From Yuukianura sp. NJ FZ-2021 (lineage: Eukaryota), in assembly GCA_046563655.1 (NCBI GenBank), contig CM102290.1, forward strand, positions 5,518,001 to 5,582,000: 64,000 nt of DNA, written 5' to 3'. The notes under the pieces were generated by a model that saw only the letters and a program-made list of their open reading frames with translations, made no database searches and was not told the origin of the DNA. This document shows positions 12,925 through 25,337 of this stretch, in pieces. Both the position numbers and the translations under genes were made by a program. Position 1 is the first letter of the stretch; each line of letters begins with the position of its first letter.

Positions 12925-15900
12925 ATGAATAGTAGGCCTCCCACTCATCAGACCTTGTTTCTGCACCTCGGTGCTGCCATTCATCACGCTCTTTCCAGTG
13001 CCGAAGAATCACGAGAAGTCAGTAAAGAAAACTGCCCGAGCGTTGTCGTCACTACTGGCTACCTGTCTGGAATTGGCCCAGGAGACGACCGTCTCAAGAA
13101 ACCTCTTGCTCAGACACAAGTCATCGACCAACCAGCAGCAGCCAACGACAACACGACGACCACCAGTGGAGGTGACAGTGGAGTCCCGTTGAAGTGAAAA
13201 CTTTATACCTCAATTGTACAGTTAGTTTTAAACTCTTTTTAACTTATTCCCAAAGACTTGTTTTTTGCAGAAGTCCCGTCGGTTCTCCCCGTAATTGTCA
13301 GGACAAAGTTGATCAAGATAACAAGTCAGTTCGTTCGCGTTCATTCGTCAAACCATTATATCGACGAGTTTCTAAAAGTCGAGGTATATCGGTTACTACT
13401 TCATTAGTAAGTACACACACATAAAGAGAGAGGCTAAACGTACAGATTAACTAAATTTTAATTTGGTTTACAGGTCATGGAGATGGAAGACACTGAAGAC
13501 AGTTCCCTCTCCGAGTCAGAATGGATCGAAGTTCCATTTGACAATGAACTGTATGAGAAGGAGTATTTTCGCCGTACTCTTTTTGCTGAGACTTCTACTG
13601 ATGAGAAAAACGATACACTGCCGGACACAGCAACAGCATCCAGCTCCACTGATGCAAACACTCCAAGCACAAGCCAAGGACTGCAAGTGGTCATTCCGCA
13701 AGATGGAATCAAAGGCAAGAAGCATCAAAATTCAATATTAATTGTGTCAAACTTAATATTTTTTCATGTTATTTGAATAATAGGGAAATTGAAGAAGAAT
13801 ATTGTGGATTGCATGGTCGTGCGAGAAGTGAACAAGAGGAAACGCGACATTTTCTTGTCCTTGCATCGAACCAGCTTACTCTGTCACCTTGCCATCGGTC
13901 GGATGTACAACTCCATTCTGCGTTGCCCAGAAATTTTTGGCTCTGCCTTGTCACTGCTTCCATCTGAGCGTGCTTATCCTCCAAAGCACTTGGATTTGAC
14001 CTACGTAGAACGATTTCTCACTTGGTTTAGTCGAACGATTACTTTGGATCAAGACAGTCAAGACCATGGACCAGCACCGGACACGTTGCAAAAGGAACTC
14101 TTGGATCAAATGGCTACTAAGGTTGCCAGTACCAATGATCATCGTGTCTTCATTTTCATCAGTATTCTACGAGCACTGGGTGTCCAGGTACGCCTCATCG
14201 TCAATGTCCAACCACTTCCACTCAAGCCACCTTCATCCGAGTTGATGAAATTCCCGAAAGAAGAAGATGCTGATGCTGGCTCAAAGTTGACTCCGAAGTC
14301 ACCTCAGCCTCATTGCTCAAAATCCTCAACGAAAAGACTGAAACTTTCCGACGAAACTACTACGGAAATTGATTTGTCGAGTTCCGACTCCAACTCGGAA
14401 GTCGAGGTCACTGATCACGCCTACCCTAAAAAACGGAAATACACCAAAAAAGGTCAACCGATGACTAAATCTGCCTCAAAAGCTGAAGTCTCTGAGCTTG
14501 TCACTCGAAAGAAACGAAAATACACTAAAAGATCTCAAGCGATGGACAAATCTGCCTCAATGGCTGACGTTTCTGAACCCGTCAAGCGTGAGAAACGAAA
14601 GTATACTAAAAGATCTCAAGCTATGGACAAATCGGACTCAAAACCGGTGGAGAAAGATGCCTTGCCCAAAGCAGGCACTTCTTCCTGTGCTAAAAGTGAG
14701 GCGAAGACTGCAGAAAGTACAAAGAAACCAAAACCGGGGCCTCAGTTGAAGAAACCATGCAATATGTGGGCCGAGGTTTTCTTGGAAGAAGAGCAACAGT
14801 GGATCAGTATCGATGTGGCCGAGTGTAAACTGATGTCGGAAGATACAATTAAGGTAAGGCGTTAATTAACTTCATTAATTAATTATTGATTGATTTCTCA
14901 TCTTATTACTTATTTTTGGTCTATAGGCAAAGGCATCTAAACCAATCTGCTATGTCGTTGCTTATTCCAACACTGGACATGTCAAAGATGTTACCATGAG
15001 ATACAACGATGGCTGGTGGAGTGAAGTCGGGAAGTTGAGAGACGATGATTGGTGGAACGCTGCGATCAGACCATTCCGCGGCAAGAAGACTTTGCACGAT
15101 AAGAGAGAAGACGAGACTTTGGTTCGACGTCTGGACAAAGTGGAACTCCCCAAGACAATTTCTGCGTGAGTGGTTGAAACTTTTTATACTTGTATGAATT
15201 TCGCATGTCATTTTAGCATTAATTCAGTTTATTTTGATTTTTTAGGTTCAAGAATCATCCTAAGTTTGCCCTGAAGCGACATTTGCTCAAGTTTGAGGCC
15301 ATTTATCCTGAAGATGTCATGCCACTTGGAACAATTAAATCGGAACTTGTCTACCCGCGAAGTTCGGTTTATACTCTATTTGGAAGGGAGCAGTGGCTTC
15401 GCAAAGTAAGTCAACATTTACATAAGGCATTAGTCGATTAGTTGTTAATTTATGCTCAAATTTTAATTTTGTCTGGTTGTACATAATTTTAGGGCAGAGT
15501 TGTCAGAATTGGCGAGAAACCGTATAAAATTGTGGAAGGAAGAAAATACAAGGTTAGAGTGTATTAGAAAAAAGTTTTTTGAAAAAAGAAGAAGTTTTTT
15601 AAACTATTTTTTTTGCAGGGGAGAGTTTGTGGTACTGCAGATGATCGAGAACCGTTGATAGATTTGTTTGGGCATTGGCAGACTGAAGAGTATGAACCAC
15701 CGATTGCAGTTGATGGGAAAGTTCCGAAAAACGCCTACGGCAACGTCGAGTTGTTTGTACCAAAGATGTTGCCAGTTGGTACTGTCCATCTCCAGTGTAA
15801 GCGAACTACTTTTGATTTGTAATTGAAATCAAATTTTGAATCTATTAAATCTATTAAATTTTGAATTATTAATCTAATTGTTTTTGGTTGTTAGTGGATG

Positions 15901-16297
15901 GACTGGGAAGGATTGCTAGGAAACTAAACCTGGATTGTGCTCAGGCTCTAGTGGGATTTGACTATCGCCCCACCGGTGGATGTTATCCTAGGTTTGATGG
16001 GTACGTTGTGTGCGAAGAGTTCAAAGACATCTTCATAGATGCTTGGAATCAGGTAAGATCAAGGACTTAACAAAAAACATCGCACGATATGGAATTTATG
16101 AGGAGAATATAAAAAATTTTAAAAGAAAGATTTTTATGAATTTTTGGTTAATTTTTTAGGAGCAGTCGATTACCATGACACGCGGAGAGGAAAAGCGGCT
16201 TTCTCGGGTGAAACGACGTTGGATCAAGATCTTTCGCTTGGTCCGAATCCGAAACCGGTTGAAAAAAAAGTACGGCTACTCATTGGGTGACATCTAA
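12925..16297 (+). CDS. XPC: DNA repair protein XPC/Rad4 (nucleotide excision repair damage sensor); N-terminus uncertain
   Basis: Exons 12925-13171 and 13271-13383 (tentative; alternative start 13477), 13474-13714, 13784-14853, 14927-15165, 15246-15405, 15493-15552, 15619-15796, ~15894-16052, 16160-16297. Motifs: [91 protein letters not shown]. Confidence 0.92.
14425..14645 (+). repeat. 81-bp (27-aa) coding tandem repeat, ~2.7 copies, inside XPC
   Basis: KRKYTK codons recur at 14431, 14512 and 14593, an exact 81-bp period. Confidence 0.85.
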
Positions 16298-16810
16298 ATA
16301 GCATTCCACCAATAGAAGCCCAGCATGTCCATCTTCCAATCAACCTCCATTTGAATCTGATTGGTCGTCTACTTATTATTTAGAATTAATCACAGATTAA
16401 TTACTATTTATCTCCGTCCTTAATCTGAGTAAGGTGCAATTGTCTTCCACTTCTTTCATATACAGCAAATATACTTTTATTCTTTGGAATTTATACTCTT
16501 GTAATGTTTCAGTTTCATTTGAAAAATTTGAAATTTTGAAAAATTCAAATTTAAAAAAAAAAAAAGAATTTCAAAATTTGCTCAAGGAGGCCCGGGGGTT
16601 GAAATTTGATATTTTTAATCAAGTCTTGATTGTTCGTGGGGGTGACACTGGTGGGAGGGAGCGGAAGCAGTAAACAAAGCAGATGAGACAAGCCTAGCCA
16701 TAACACTTAAGTTAACATGAGCGTAAGAATCAGGGACAATACGCAGGGGCCCTTTTGCTGGAGGGGCCCTTGACCTTGATTCTCCTAATGCTGACAGGAG
16801 GGCCCTTGAG

Positions 16811-19800
16811 TTAGGTCATCGTAAGGGCCCCTGCCCCGAGGCCATAGCCAACCCCTTTGGGCCCGTAGTTCCGATTGTAGCAGGCTCGGCAGTAGATCTC
16901 TCCGTCTGGAGCGTCGTTCACCTTCGTCGAATCCAAAGAACTCTTGCAGTCGGCACAACAGAAGCAGCGACGGTGCCAAACCTTCAAAAAGTTCAAAATT
17001 TTAAGAAATTTAAGTTTTCAAAATTTTAAAAAATTTCAAATTTTGTTTTACCTTGGCTCTGCTAAGCATTTGCTCTGCTGCGTAGACTGCGAATCCACAG
17101 CGACCGCATCCCTCGCCTTCGGAAGCCTTGAGTGTCCCGCCTGGCCTTACGTCAGCTCTAAACACCATGGTCCGAACGGAAAATAATAATAATATAATAT
17201 AATCTATTATATACTAATGAGCTCTAACAGATACTAATTAACGTTTTAAAGTTTGGAGTTAACGTTTTGAAATTTGGAATTATGTTATTTAAAAAGAGTG
17301 ATTTTCCTACTAAATTTTTAACGTTTTGAAATTTGGAGTTATGTTATTTAAAAAGAGTGATTTTCCTACTAAATTTTTAACGTTTTGAAATTTGGAATTA
17401 TGTTATTTAAAAAGAGTGATTTTCCTACTAAATTTTTAACGTTTTGAAATTTGGAATTATGTTATTTAAAAAGAGTGATTTTCCTACTAAACTTTTAACT
17501 TTTTGGAATTTGGAATTATGTTATTTAAAAAGAGTGATTTTCCTACTAAATTTTTAACGTTTTGAAATTTGGAATTATGTTATTTAAAAAGAGTGATTTT
17601 CCTACTAAATTTTTAACGTTTTGAAATTTGGAATTATGTTATTTAAAAAGAGTGATTTTCCTACTAAATTTTTAACTTCTTGAAATTTGGAATTATGTTA
17701 TTTAAAAAGAGTGATTTTCCTACTAAATTTTTAACGTTTTGAAATTTGGAATTATGTTATTTAAAAAGAGTGATTTTCCTACTAAATTTTTAACGTTTTG
17801 AAATTTGGAATTATGTTATTTAAAAAGAGTGATTTTCCTACTAAATTTTTAACGTTTTGAAATTTGGAATTATGTTATTTAAAAAGAGTGATTTTCCTAC
17901 TAAATTTTTAACGTTTTGAAATTTGGAATTATGTTATTTAAAAAGAGTGATTTTCCTACTAAATTTTTAACGTTTTGGAATTTGGAATTATGTTATTTAA
18001 AAAGAGTGATTTTCCTACTAAATTTTTAACGTTTTGAAATTTGGAATTATGTTATTTAAAAAGAGCGAAGCCCCAGCAAGAATACGAAGCATTCTTGTAA
18101 ATTACATTAAAATAATAAATAATAATTGTTTAACTCACAGTGGAGCAGTTGATTCTCCCACGGTGACCAGAGTAGGAGAGTATCCATAGCCATAGCCCTT
18201 AAAAAATTAAAAATGTACAGCATTACCCTTTATTTGTCAAAAGGAACATTTGTACAGCATGACCCACGTATTTCTGCCTTGGGCCAGTAATTTGTACAGT
18301 ATGGTCCACCGTTTTTACCTTTGGCCCAAACCGTTTCCCGTAGCACGTCTTGCAGTATATTTCCTTGGCGGGGCCGTCACAAGCAATTGTTGAGTCCAAC
18401 GGTCGCCGACAGTCTCCGCAGCTAAAACATTTTTTGTGCCACATCTGAAAAACATAAAATTTAAAAGTTAAGAACTTTTTAAATTTTGAAGTTTCAAACT
18501 TTTGAAAAGTAATTACATTTCCTTTGGCCAACATGAGTTCGGCTGCAAAGACTGCTCCACCGCAGCGTGGGCATGCGTCGAGTGAGGACGTGGCTTTGAT
18601 GCGTGAACAGTCGTAGGCATAATTGGGTCGCTGAGTATCGTTCTCCTCATTCCTAACAAATCAACAAATTCTTTTGTCATTTTGTAATTTTGAACAACAC
18701 TGTACAACCTGAAACGTTTTGAAACGTTTTTTGGAAGGCGTGTACTTACGGTAACACGTCTGTGAGCAGAAATCCTGACCCACAAGCGAACCCATAGCCC
18801 TTCGGACCTAAACAACACAAACTGTGAAATTTCCAGTCACGACTACCGTATTTCCTCTCCAAATTTCGGAGTACCGTATTTCCTGGCGTGGCTTACCGTA
18901 TTTCTTGGCGTAGCAAGTGGTGCAGTACACTTCTCCCTCGGGACTGTCACAGGCGTTGATAGAGTCCAGTGTTTTTGAACACTCGCAGCAGTGGAAGCAC
19001 TTCCGATGCCAAGACTACACAAACATCAGGTTCACATTAGGCTAACATTAGGTTTGTTAGGTTAAGTGATTAGGCTTATTAGGTTTGTTAGGTTGGACTT
19101 CACTTACGCGTCCCTTGGCCAAAACCTCTTCAGCAGCATAGACCCGCCCACCGCACCGTGGACATCCCTCTCCCTCGGGAGCCAAGATTGATCTTGTGTT
19201 CGTAATTAAGTGAGGCTTATTCGACAGATACTGGTCCCTGGTTTCAAAATTTTGAGAAGTTCAAAATTTTAAAAACTTCGAAAAAATGTTTCCAAGAAAT
19301 TTTGAAAGTAATTTCGACTTGCCCGTTGAGTATAGTTTCATCACTCTGGAGAATTCCAGCGCCTTGACCAAATCCGTAACCCTTAGGACCAAAGTGCTTT
19401 CCATAGCAGGCTTCAAAATTTAACAATTCCAACTTTTCAGTTTTGGTTCACAAAATTAAAATTTGTAAGTTTTTTCTTTAAATTTTACCCTTGCAGTAGA
19501 TGTCTCTGTCCGGAGCGTCACAGGCGTTGATTGAATCCAATTGCTTGCTGCATGCTCGACATTTGAAACAGGATTTGTGGTAACTGCGTCCTTTGGACAG
19601 CATCTCCTCAGCAGCATACACGGCACCTCCGCACCGTGGACAACCCTGGCCCTCCGGAGCCAAAATGACATTCGTCTTAGGAGTCACCCACGAATTGTTC
19701 CTACAAAAACACAAAAACGTCCAAGAAATTCAAAATTTTTTGAAATTTTGAATTTGTGAAAAACGAGAATACTAAAAATTGGGGGACTCACAGTGGAAGA

Positions 19801-20446
19801 TCTTCTCCTGTGAACTGAGCTCCCGTGTCAGTCGTGAGACATCCAGCTCCAGCTCCATACCCGTAACCTTAGACAAATCCAGGAGTCAATTTGTGTTGCC
19901 ATGACAACGCAAATTCAAAATTTCAGTTTCACCTTTGAGACCGAACTTTCGCCCGTGGCACAGTTTGCAGTAGAGGTCCGTCTCATGCTCAGCACAGTTC
20001 GTGGAATCCAGCATCTTGTTACACATACCTACAGTTTAAAAAAAATCGTGGAGTCAGTTCTAAAAAAAATGTAATTTTAAATTTTTCAAAAAAAAAAAAC
20101 GGTATCCAAGCGTAACTTTCGATTTCAAAAAGTTAGTATAAAAGAATTAACTTTGGCGTTACCGAAAGAAGTGCAATTTCGGATTTGGAAAAAAACGAAT
20201 GCTTTCACTTGAAACATTGAAAAAGCGTAACTGCAGAATGTGTGGTGGGTTTCGCTTTACTTCAAATTTTCTTTTTTAAAGAAACTTCAAAAATTTTGAC
20301 TTTTTTTTGAAAAAGGGGTTGATTGACGTACCGCATTTGAAGCATGCTTTGTGAAACTTGTGACCTCCAGCGAGCCGCTCCTCGGCTGCGTAGACGTTCT
20401 TCCCACATGAAGGGCACTTGAAGGTTTCTTGAATGAGGAGAGGCAT
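16811..20446 (-). CDS. Mlp84B: Muscle LIM protein with five LIM + Gly-rich repeats (Mlp84B/CRP family)
   Basis: ATG at 20446 ([23 protein letters not shown]). Five CxxC..VYAAE..HxxCFxC..C...LDS...YC..C..K.GPKG.G.G units spread over ~13 short exons, ending [14 protein letters not shown] at 16811. Confidence 0.92.
17261..18065. repeat. 59-bp AT-rich minisatellite, ~13.6 near-identical copies, in an Mlp84B intron
   Basis: Unit AACGTTTTGAAATTTGGAATTATGTTATTTAAAAAGAGTGATTTTCCTACTAAATTTTT, which shifts by 1 nt per 60-nt line. Confidence 0.97.
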
Positions 20447-20595
20447 GGTGACTGCAGAAAAGGTTATTCACCTGAAAAATCAAAAATCAAAATGGTTTTC
20501 AAAATTTGAAATTTAATTTTTGAAAAAATGAAGTGGGAGAGGAGACAGAGGAGGAAATGGAGGCGGCAGAAGTGTTGAGATTTAATATGTGGCCC

Positions 20596-20667
20596 CATTC
20601 CCTACTTCCATATTAGGAGGTGCAGGGCTCAGTGCCAAAATATCCAAGTCTAAAATTAAACCATGTG
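20596..20667. promoter_or_regulatory. Candidate muscle enhancer: CArG + MEF2 + E-box cluster
   Basis: CATTCC 20596, CCATATTAGG (perfect CArG) 20608-20617, CTAAAATTAA (MEF2 YTAW4TAR) 20650-20659, CATGTG 20662. Lies just upstream of the acceptor of the Mlp84B ATG exon. Confidence 0.55.
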
Positions 20668-21480
20668 ATCATCCAGCAGGGCTCTACACATGTCTACGAC
20701 CAACTTCTTTCAAAAAACTGTTTTAAAAAGAACATTTTTTAAAACAGGTTTGAACAAATTTCAAACACTGGAAACAAAAACATACGGCCATATGATACCC
20801 GGCTTCCAGTAAAATATAATTTCTTGAAAACAGAAAAACCTTGACTAAACTTGGACACAGTTCGTTTTAATTTCGTATCGGTTGTCATGACAACCGATAC
20901 GAAAATTTCAACTGGAAACGCGTGATTGTCAAGAAACAGAGCCATTGAAATCTTTGATAAAACTCAAGATGAAATAGAAGCCCGACTTTTTCGTAAATGG
21001 TTTTTGGAAAAATGAAATTTTGGATTCCTGGAAATGAAATTCACTTGAACTTTTTCTTTACAGAGAAATTCTTGAAAAATTCAATGCTAAAAATTCGCAT
21101 GATGAAAAACATGTCCAGGAATAATATTCCTAGTGTTATTGCATCGGACTATTTCATTCCTAGGTGTCTAGGTACAAAATGAGTCACGTGGGAGTCAAGA
21201 GTCATGAATCATGACTCTCAAGAGCGCTGATTCTTGGAAATCTTAAATCGCTGGAGACAAGATCAAGGTTGGAGTGGCTGGAACGCTCAAACTGTTGAAA
21301 AAAAGTTTTGAATGACCCAAAATTCCTTGTTTTTTTTTTGAAAGTTTCATGCAGAACAAGTTTTGACTACTCAAGGCTTTTCTGATGTTCAGACGAAACG
21401 TCAATTCCTCTCCTAAATTCCCCATTTAATAATAAAAGTTTGACGAGCGGACTAAAAGTCAGAATTCTTAGCTTTTGGCT

Positions 21481-21736
21481 GGTTCCATGCCATTGGTTCA
21501 AATGAATTGGTTCAAATACGAATTGGTTCTAAAAATAATTGGTTCTAAAACCTAATTTTGATACCTAAACCTAACCTAACCTAACCTAAAATAAGTAAAC
21601 TAGCCTAAACTTACCTAACCTAACCTAACCTAACCTAATTTAAGCCTTATACCCTAAACAACTAGTGTTTAGAACCAATTATTTTTAGAACCAATTCGCA
21701 TTTGAACCAATTCATTTGAACCAATGGCGTGCTCCC
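21481..21736. mobile_element. MITE with ~68-bp TIRs, 9-bp TSD and internal (CCTAA)n; Mutator/MULE-like
   Basis: TSD CTTTTGGCT at 21472-21480 and 21737-21745. Left arm GGTTCCATGCCATTGGTTCAAATGAATTGGTTCAAA... is mirrored at the right end. Core is CCTAA repeats. Confidence 0.9.
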
Positions 21737-22242
21737 CTTTTGGCTTACCCGTATGATTTTTACTGTGGGATCCAACAAAGTAGTCTTGACCTCAGAACGT
21801 GTTTAGCCTCTTGACCTTTGGCTTTCAAAATTTTCCAAATCCGAAAACAACCGAAACTTTTTTTTGAAATTTGGAAACTGTAACTAAGCCCACTGAGGAG
21901 AAGAAGTGCGCCAGACCACAGAGCGGGCAGAAAGCTGGGAATCTTGTCTATTCCGACTTCTTAGTTTTGTTCTAAATTTTGCACACGGAACTGTTAAGCG
22001 GCTCGGAATAGAAAAAAGTCACCGCTACGCTGTATAAGTTCGGCTCATCCCACACGAAACGACTCAGGAAAAGAAACAGTATTGAGGTTTGTAACTAAAA
22101 AAAACTTGGCCGGTATTTTTTTGTTGGCGTTTTTCGTGTTGTAAAAAGTGGTTACCGTAAAAGTTCCAAGAAACGCCAGGTTCTAGCAAGCGTTTAGTGG
22201 AAAAGTTTAGGCTTTCAATGAACGACAAAGACGACAGTGCAG

Positions 22243-22321
22243 AAAAAATAAAGCACCCAGTGGGACTCGAACCTACATCTCTTCAATCCGGGAAAAACTC
22301 TAACCATTGAGCTATCGGCTC
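22243..22321 (-). mobile_element. tRNA-derived SINE, copy 2
   Basis: Minus strand GAGCCGATAGCTCAATGGTTAGAG...GTAGGTTCGAGTCCCACT...TTTATTTTTT. Confidence 0.7.
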
Positions 22322-25300
22322 TTAATGGTACAGAACGGAATCAGAATGCTACGAAGCTTAAATGCTCAGATTTTAAGTAAACGCCTGGGCATTTAAGAGA
22401 AATTTTTCGGTATGTTCTGAAGTCTGAAGGATATTATGTTATTAGTGCATTTTTTACGGGAGAAAAAGCGTCACGCCGAGAGAGAGAGACGAAAAAGTTC
22501 TAAAAACCGAAACCCGGGTATTACACCGCCCCCAACTCACGCACTCACAAAAACACACGTTCTCCTTCCCACTTTCAAAAATTCCAAACCCAACACTTTG
22601 TCCTTCATTTTTGAAAAAAAAATTAAAAAAACGCTATTTTTTTTTCAGAATTCTGGAATTCCGGAAACCGTTTCTTCTGCCTCACGTTGTGAACTGACAG
22701 GCGTGAATTTGAAATTTAAAATTTCAATTTTCTTTTTAAAATTTTGAATTTAGAGTGGGCTGAAGCACCGTTTGGCTTCGATCCCCGTGAAATGTCACCG
22801 GAGATGATGAGAAGTTGGCAAAAGTTAAGGCAGGGGGATAACCATATCCACTTTGCGAAGATTCCGTTTTCTAAAATTTCAAAAATGTCCGCCTTTTTGT
22901 TTCAGTAATTAGACAGTGACACTGGAGTTAATGATGACATCCGTCGTCACTTCCTCTTTCAATTCAATTGTTGTCCATCTTGTGTAGTTACTTCCGCCGT
23001 TTTCAAAAAACTAAACTCGAGATTACAGTTTCTGTAAACAAGCAAAGAAAAACTAGCAAAAGGCGGGAAAACTTTACAGATTCAATTCAAAAAAGGAGGA
23101 AGAGAAAGCGACGAAAGGAAGAAAAACAGAACCAGAAACAAAACACGTTTCATTTTTTCAACTATTTAAAAAAAAGTTAAAGATTTCATATGCATCCAGC
23201 CGCTATGAGTTCACTTCCTCCTAACATTTGTACAGCATGGTCCACAAAAACAAAAAGTTTAAAAAAAAATTCGAAATTTGAGTGCAGTTTCAAAAATTTT
23301 TTAAATGGGCGTAAGAAAGGAGTAGGACGATGGTTTTAAGAGAATCCCAGAACTTGTGCAAATATTAGTTTTTGCATTTCCTCACTTTGAGGAAGGAGGA
23401 ATTTTGAAAAGTTCATTTTTAGAAATTGTGATGATGACACAGAATTTGGGAATTGGATTACTGTGTGATGAAAAAAACTGAATTTTGGGACAGGAACAAT
23501 GAGAGACTCAGTTCTCGGTTTGTGACACAGTAGAGTCTATATTCAAAAAAATACATTGAATTACTCCACTTGTAGGAACGGTAAATTTTTTAGTTTAAAA
23601 TTTTTGTGGGTGGGGAACACACTCTGTGCAGGAGGAATTTCTGGATCGTTTCCGAAAAACACCCAACGCACCCACGCTCATTTTCGAAAAAAAAAAGTTT
23701 CAAAAAGTTCCACTTTGGATGGCTGTGATGCAACTTCGGAGCTAAAAAAAGTTCGCTAAGAGCAAGGAATGCAAAAGTTTCTCTCGGAGCAGGGTTTGTT
23801 GTCTTTGGTTTTCTTTAACAGGTTGAGTAATACCTCGTGTTTTTTTGATTTTGCAAAAAAAAAGTGTCTTTCATTTCATGGTATCCTAGTTATAACAATA
23901 CAGCCGAATTTTTTATATTTTACATAGGAATTGATACCAATTTTTTGGATTGGTACCAAATTTGGTACCTTTTGTTTTTTTTGTCAATAAGCGAGATAGT
24001 ACTTAACCTGTTGAACAAAATTCATTTCGTTGTCAAGGAACCTTGGCTCGGAAACACTTAGCTCATCATGTTCAGTGGAAAAGACGATGAGAGGGATGAT
24101 GTCACTCCTGGAGTGAGGCGAGTGACAAGGAAATTGACATCTTTAGAACTCGTTGTTGATGGAATTAGGTTCGAATCCTACTCTCCTTACTCAAAAAAAA
24201 AAAAATTAAGAAAAACCTTGTGCCAGGAAATTGTTTCTCTGGTAACACCACACAAATCAACTCAAACGAGCGTGTGGTTTCAAAAAGAAAATTATGTAGT
24301 TTAGTCTGAAGACTTTTTTTTAAAAAAAATCTCAAAGAAATTATGAGTTTTTTGTAAAATGTTGGTTAAAGAAAAATTGACCCAAAAACTGTCAAAAAAT
24401 ACAGAACGTTGCCAAAAAGTTTCGATGAAGACTTTTCAAAAAAATACACAAAGATACTTTTTAGTTAGGCTTTCTTTTAAAAAAAAAGTTCCTTTTCTTC
24501 TTCACTGTTGAATCTTATTTCATCATTTGAAATTTAACACCAATTTTTCTCAATTTTTGCCAATTTTTGTTAATGTGTGCCAATTTTTATTATCACCAGA
24601 GCGGTTGACTTTCATTTTCACCTTGAGCCGATTTAAATTGCAGACATAATTTTTTTTCGTGGGTTGAGTCACGTGCCAAAACGGGATCATAAAAGAAAAA
24701 AAATGTTACTTGGAGACATGATTGACCTCGCGTGACCTTCATTGACTTCTAAAATTTGAAACTTAGCGTTGAACTTCATTCTCATGCTCATTGGTGTTAA
24801 TCACAAACTGTAAAATGCAACTTTCCCGCTTCAGTTTCTCTTTTTCAAAAAAAGCAAGCCCCTTAACTAGTTTGTCTTGATTCGACATTTTTTCCTTAAA
24901 AAAAAAACTCATTTCGAAGCGTCTTTGAAAATAATGAAATCAGGAAAGGAATTCCGTTTCGCTGGAATCCTCCTTCTTTCACTTTCTTCATTGCTCTATA
25001 CTTTCTCTTATTCCAAATTTTTAACCTTTTTCAAACGAGTCATTTTTTTTAATTTGTTAGAATAGGAGAGTTGTAGTGAAGAAAATGGAGTGTCCAATTA
25101 CTTTTGTTTTGTCTTTTGTTCCATTCGGTTCATTAGAGGCACAAACTTTTATTTCCGTGAAATGAGGAAAGTACAAACAGAAGGAGAGACAGACATCGAA
25201 GGTCCACAATGTCTTTAGACATTCACATTACGGACAACGGACAGTTGAAGACATGCGCACATCCATTAATTAACTTAGCATTTCGGACGATTCCTGGATT

Positions 25301-25337
25301 CAAGAGAAAGTTTTTAGCGTCGGTGAAAGTGAGGATT

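Noticed and set aside
16302..16308. miR-1 seed site after the XPC stop
   Set aside because: Only a 7-mer and 4 nt from the stop codon, so likely ineffective or chance.
17261..18065. Tandem arrays (59, 131, 177 bp) as CRISPR arrays
   Set aside because: Units are contiguous with no unique spacers, there are no cas genes, and the context is eukaryotic.
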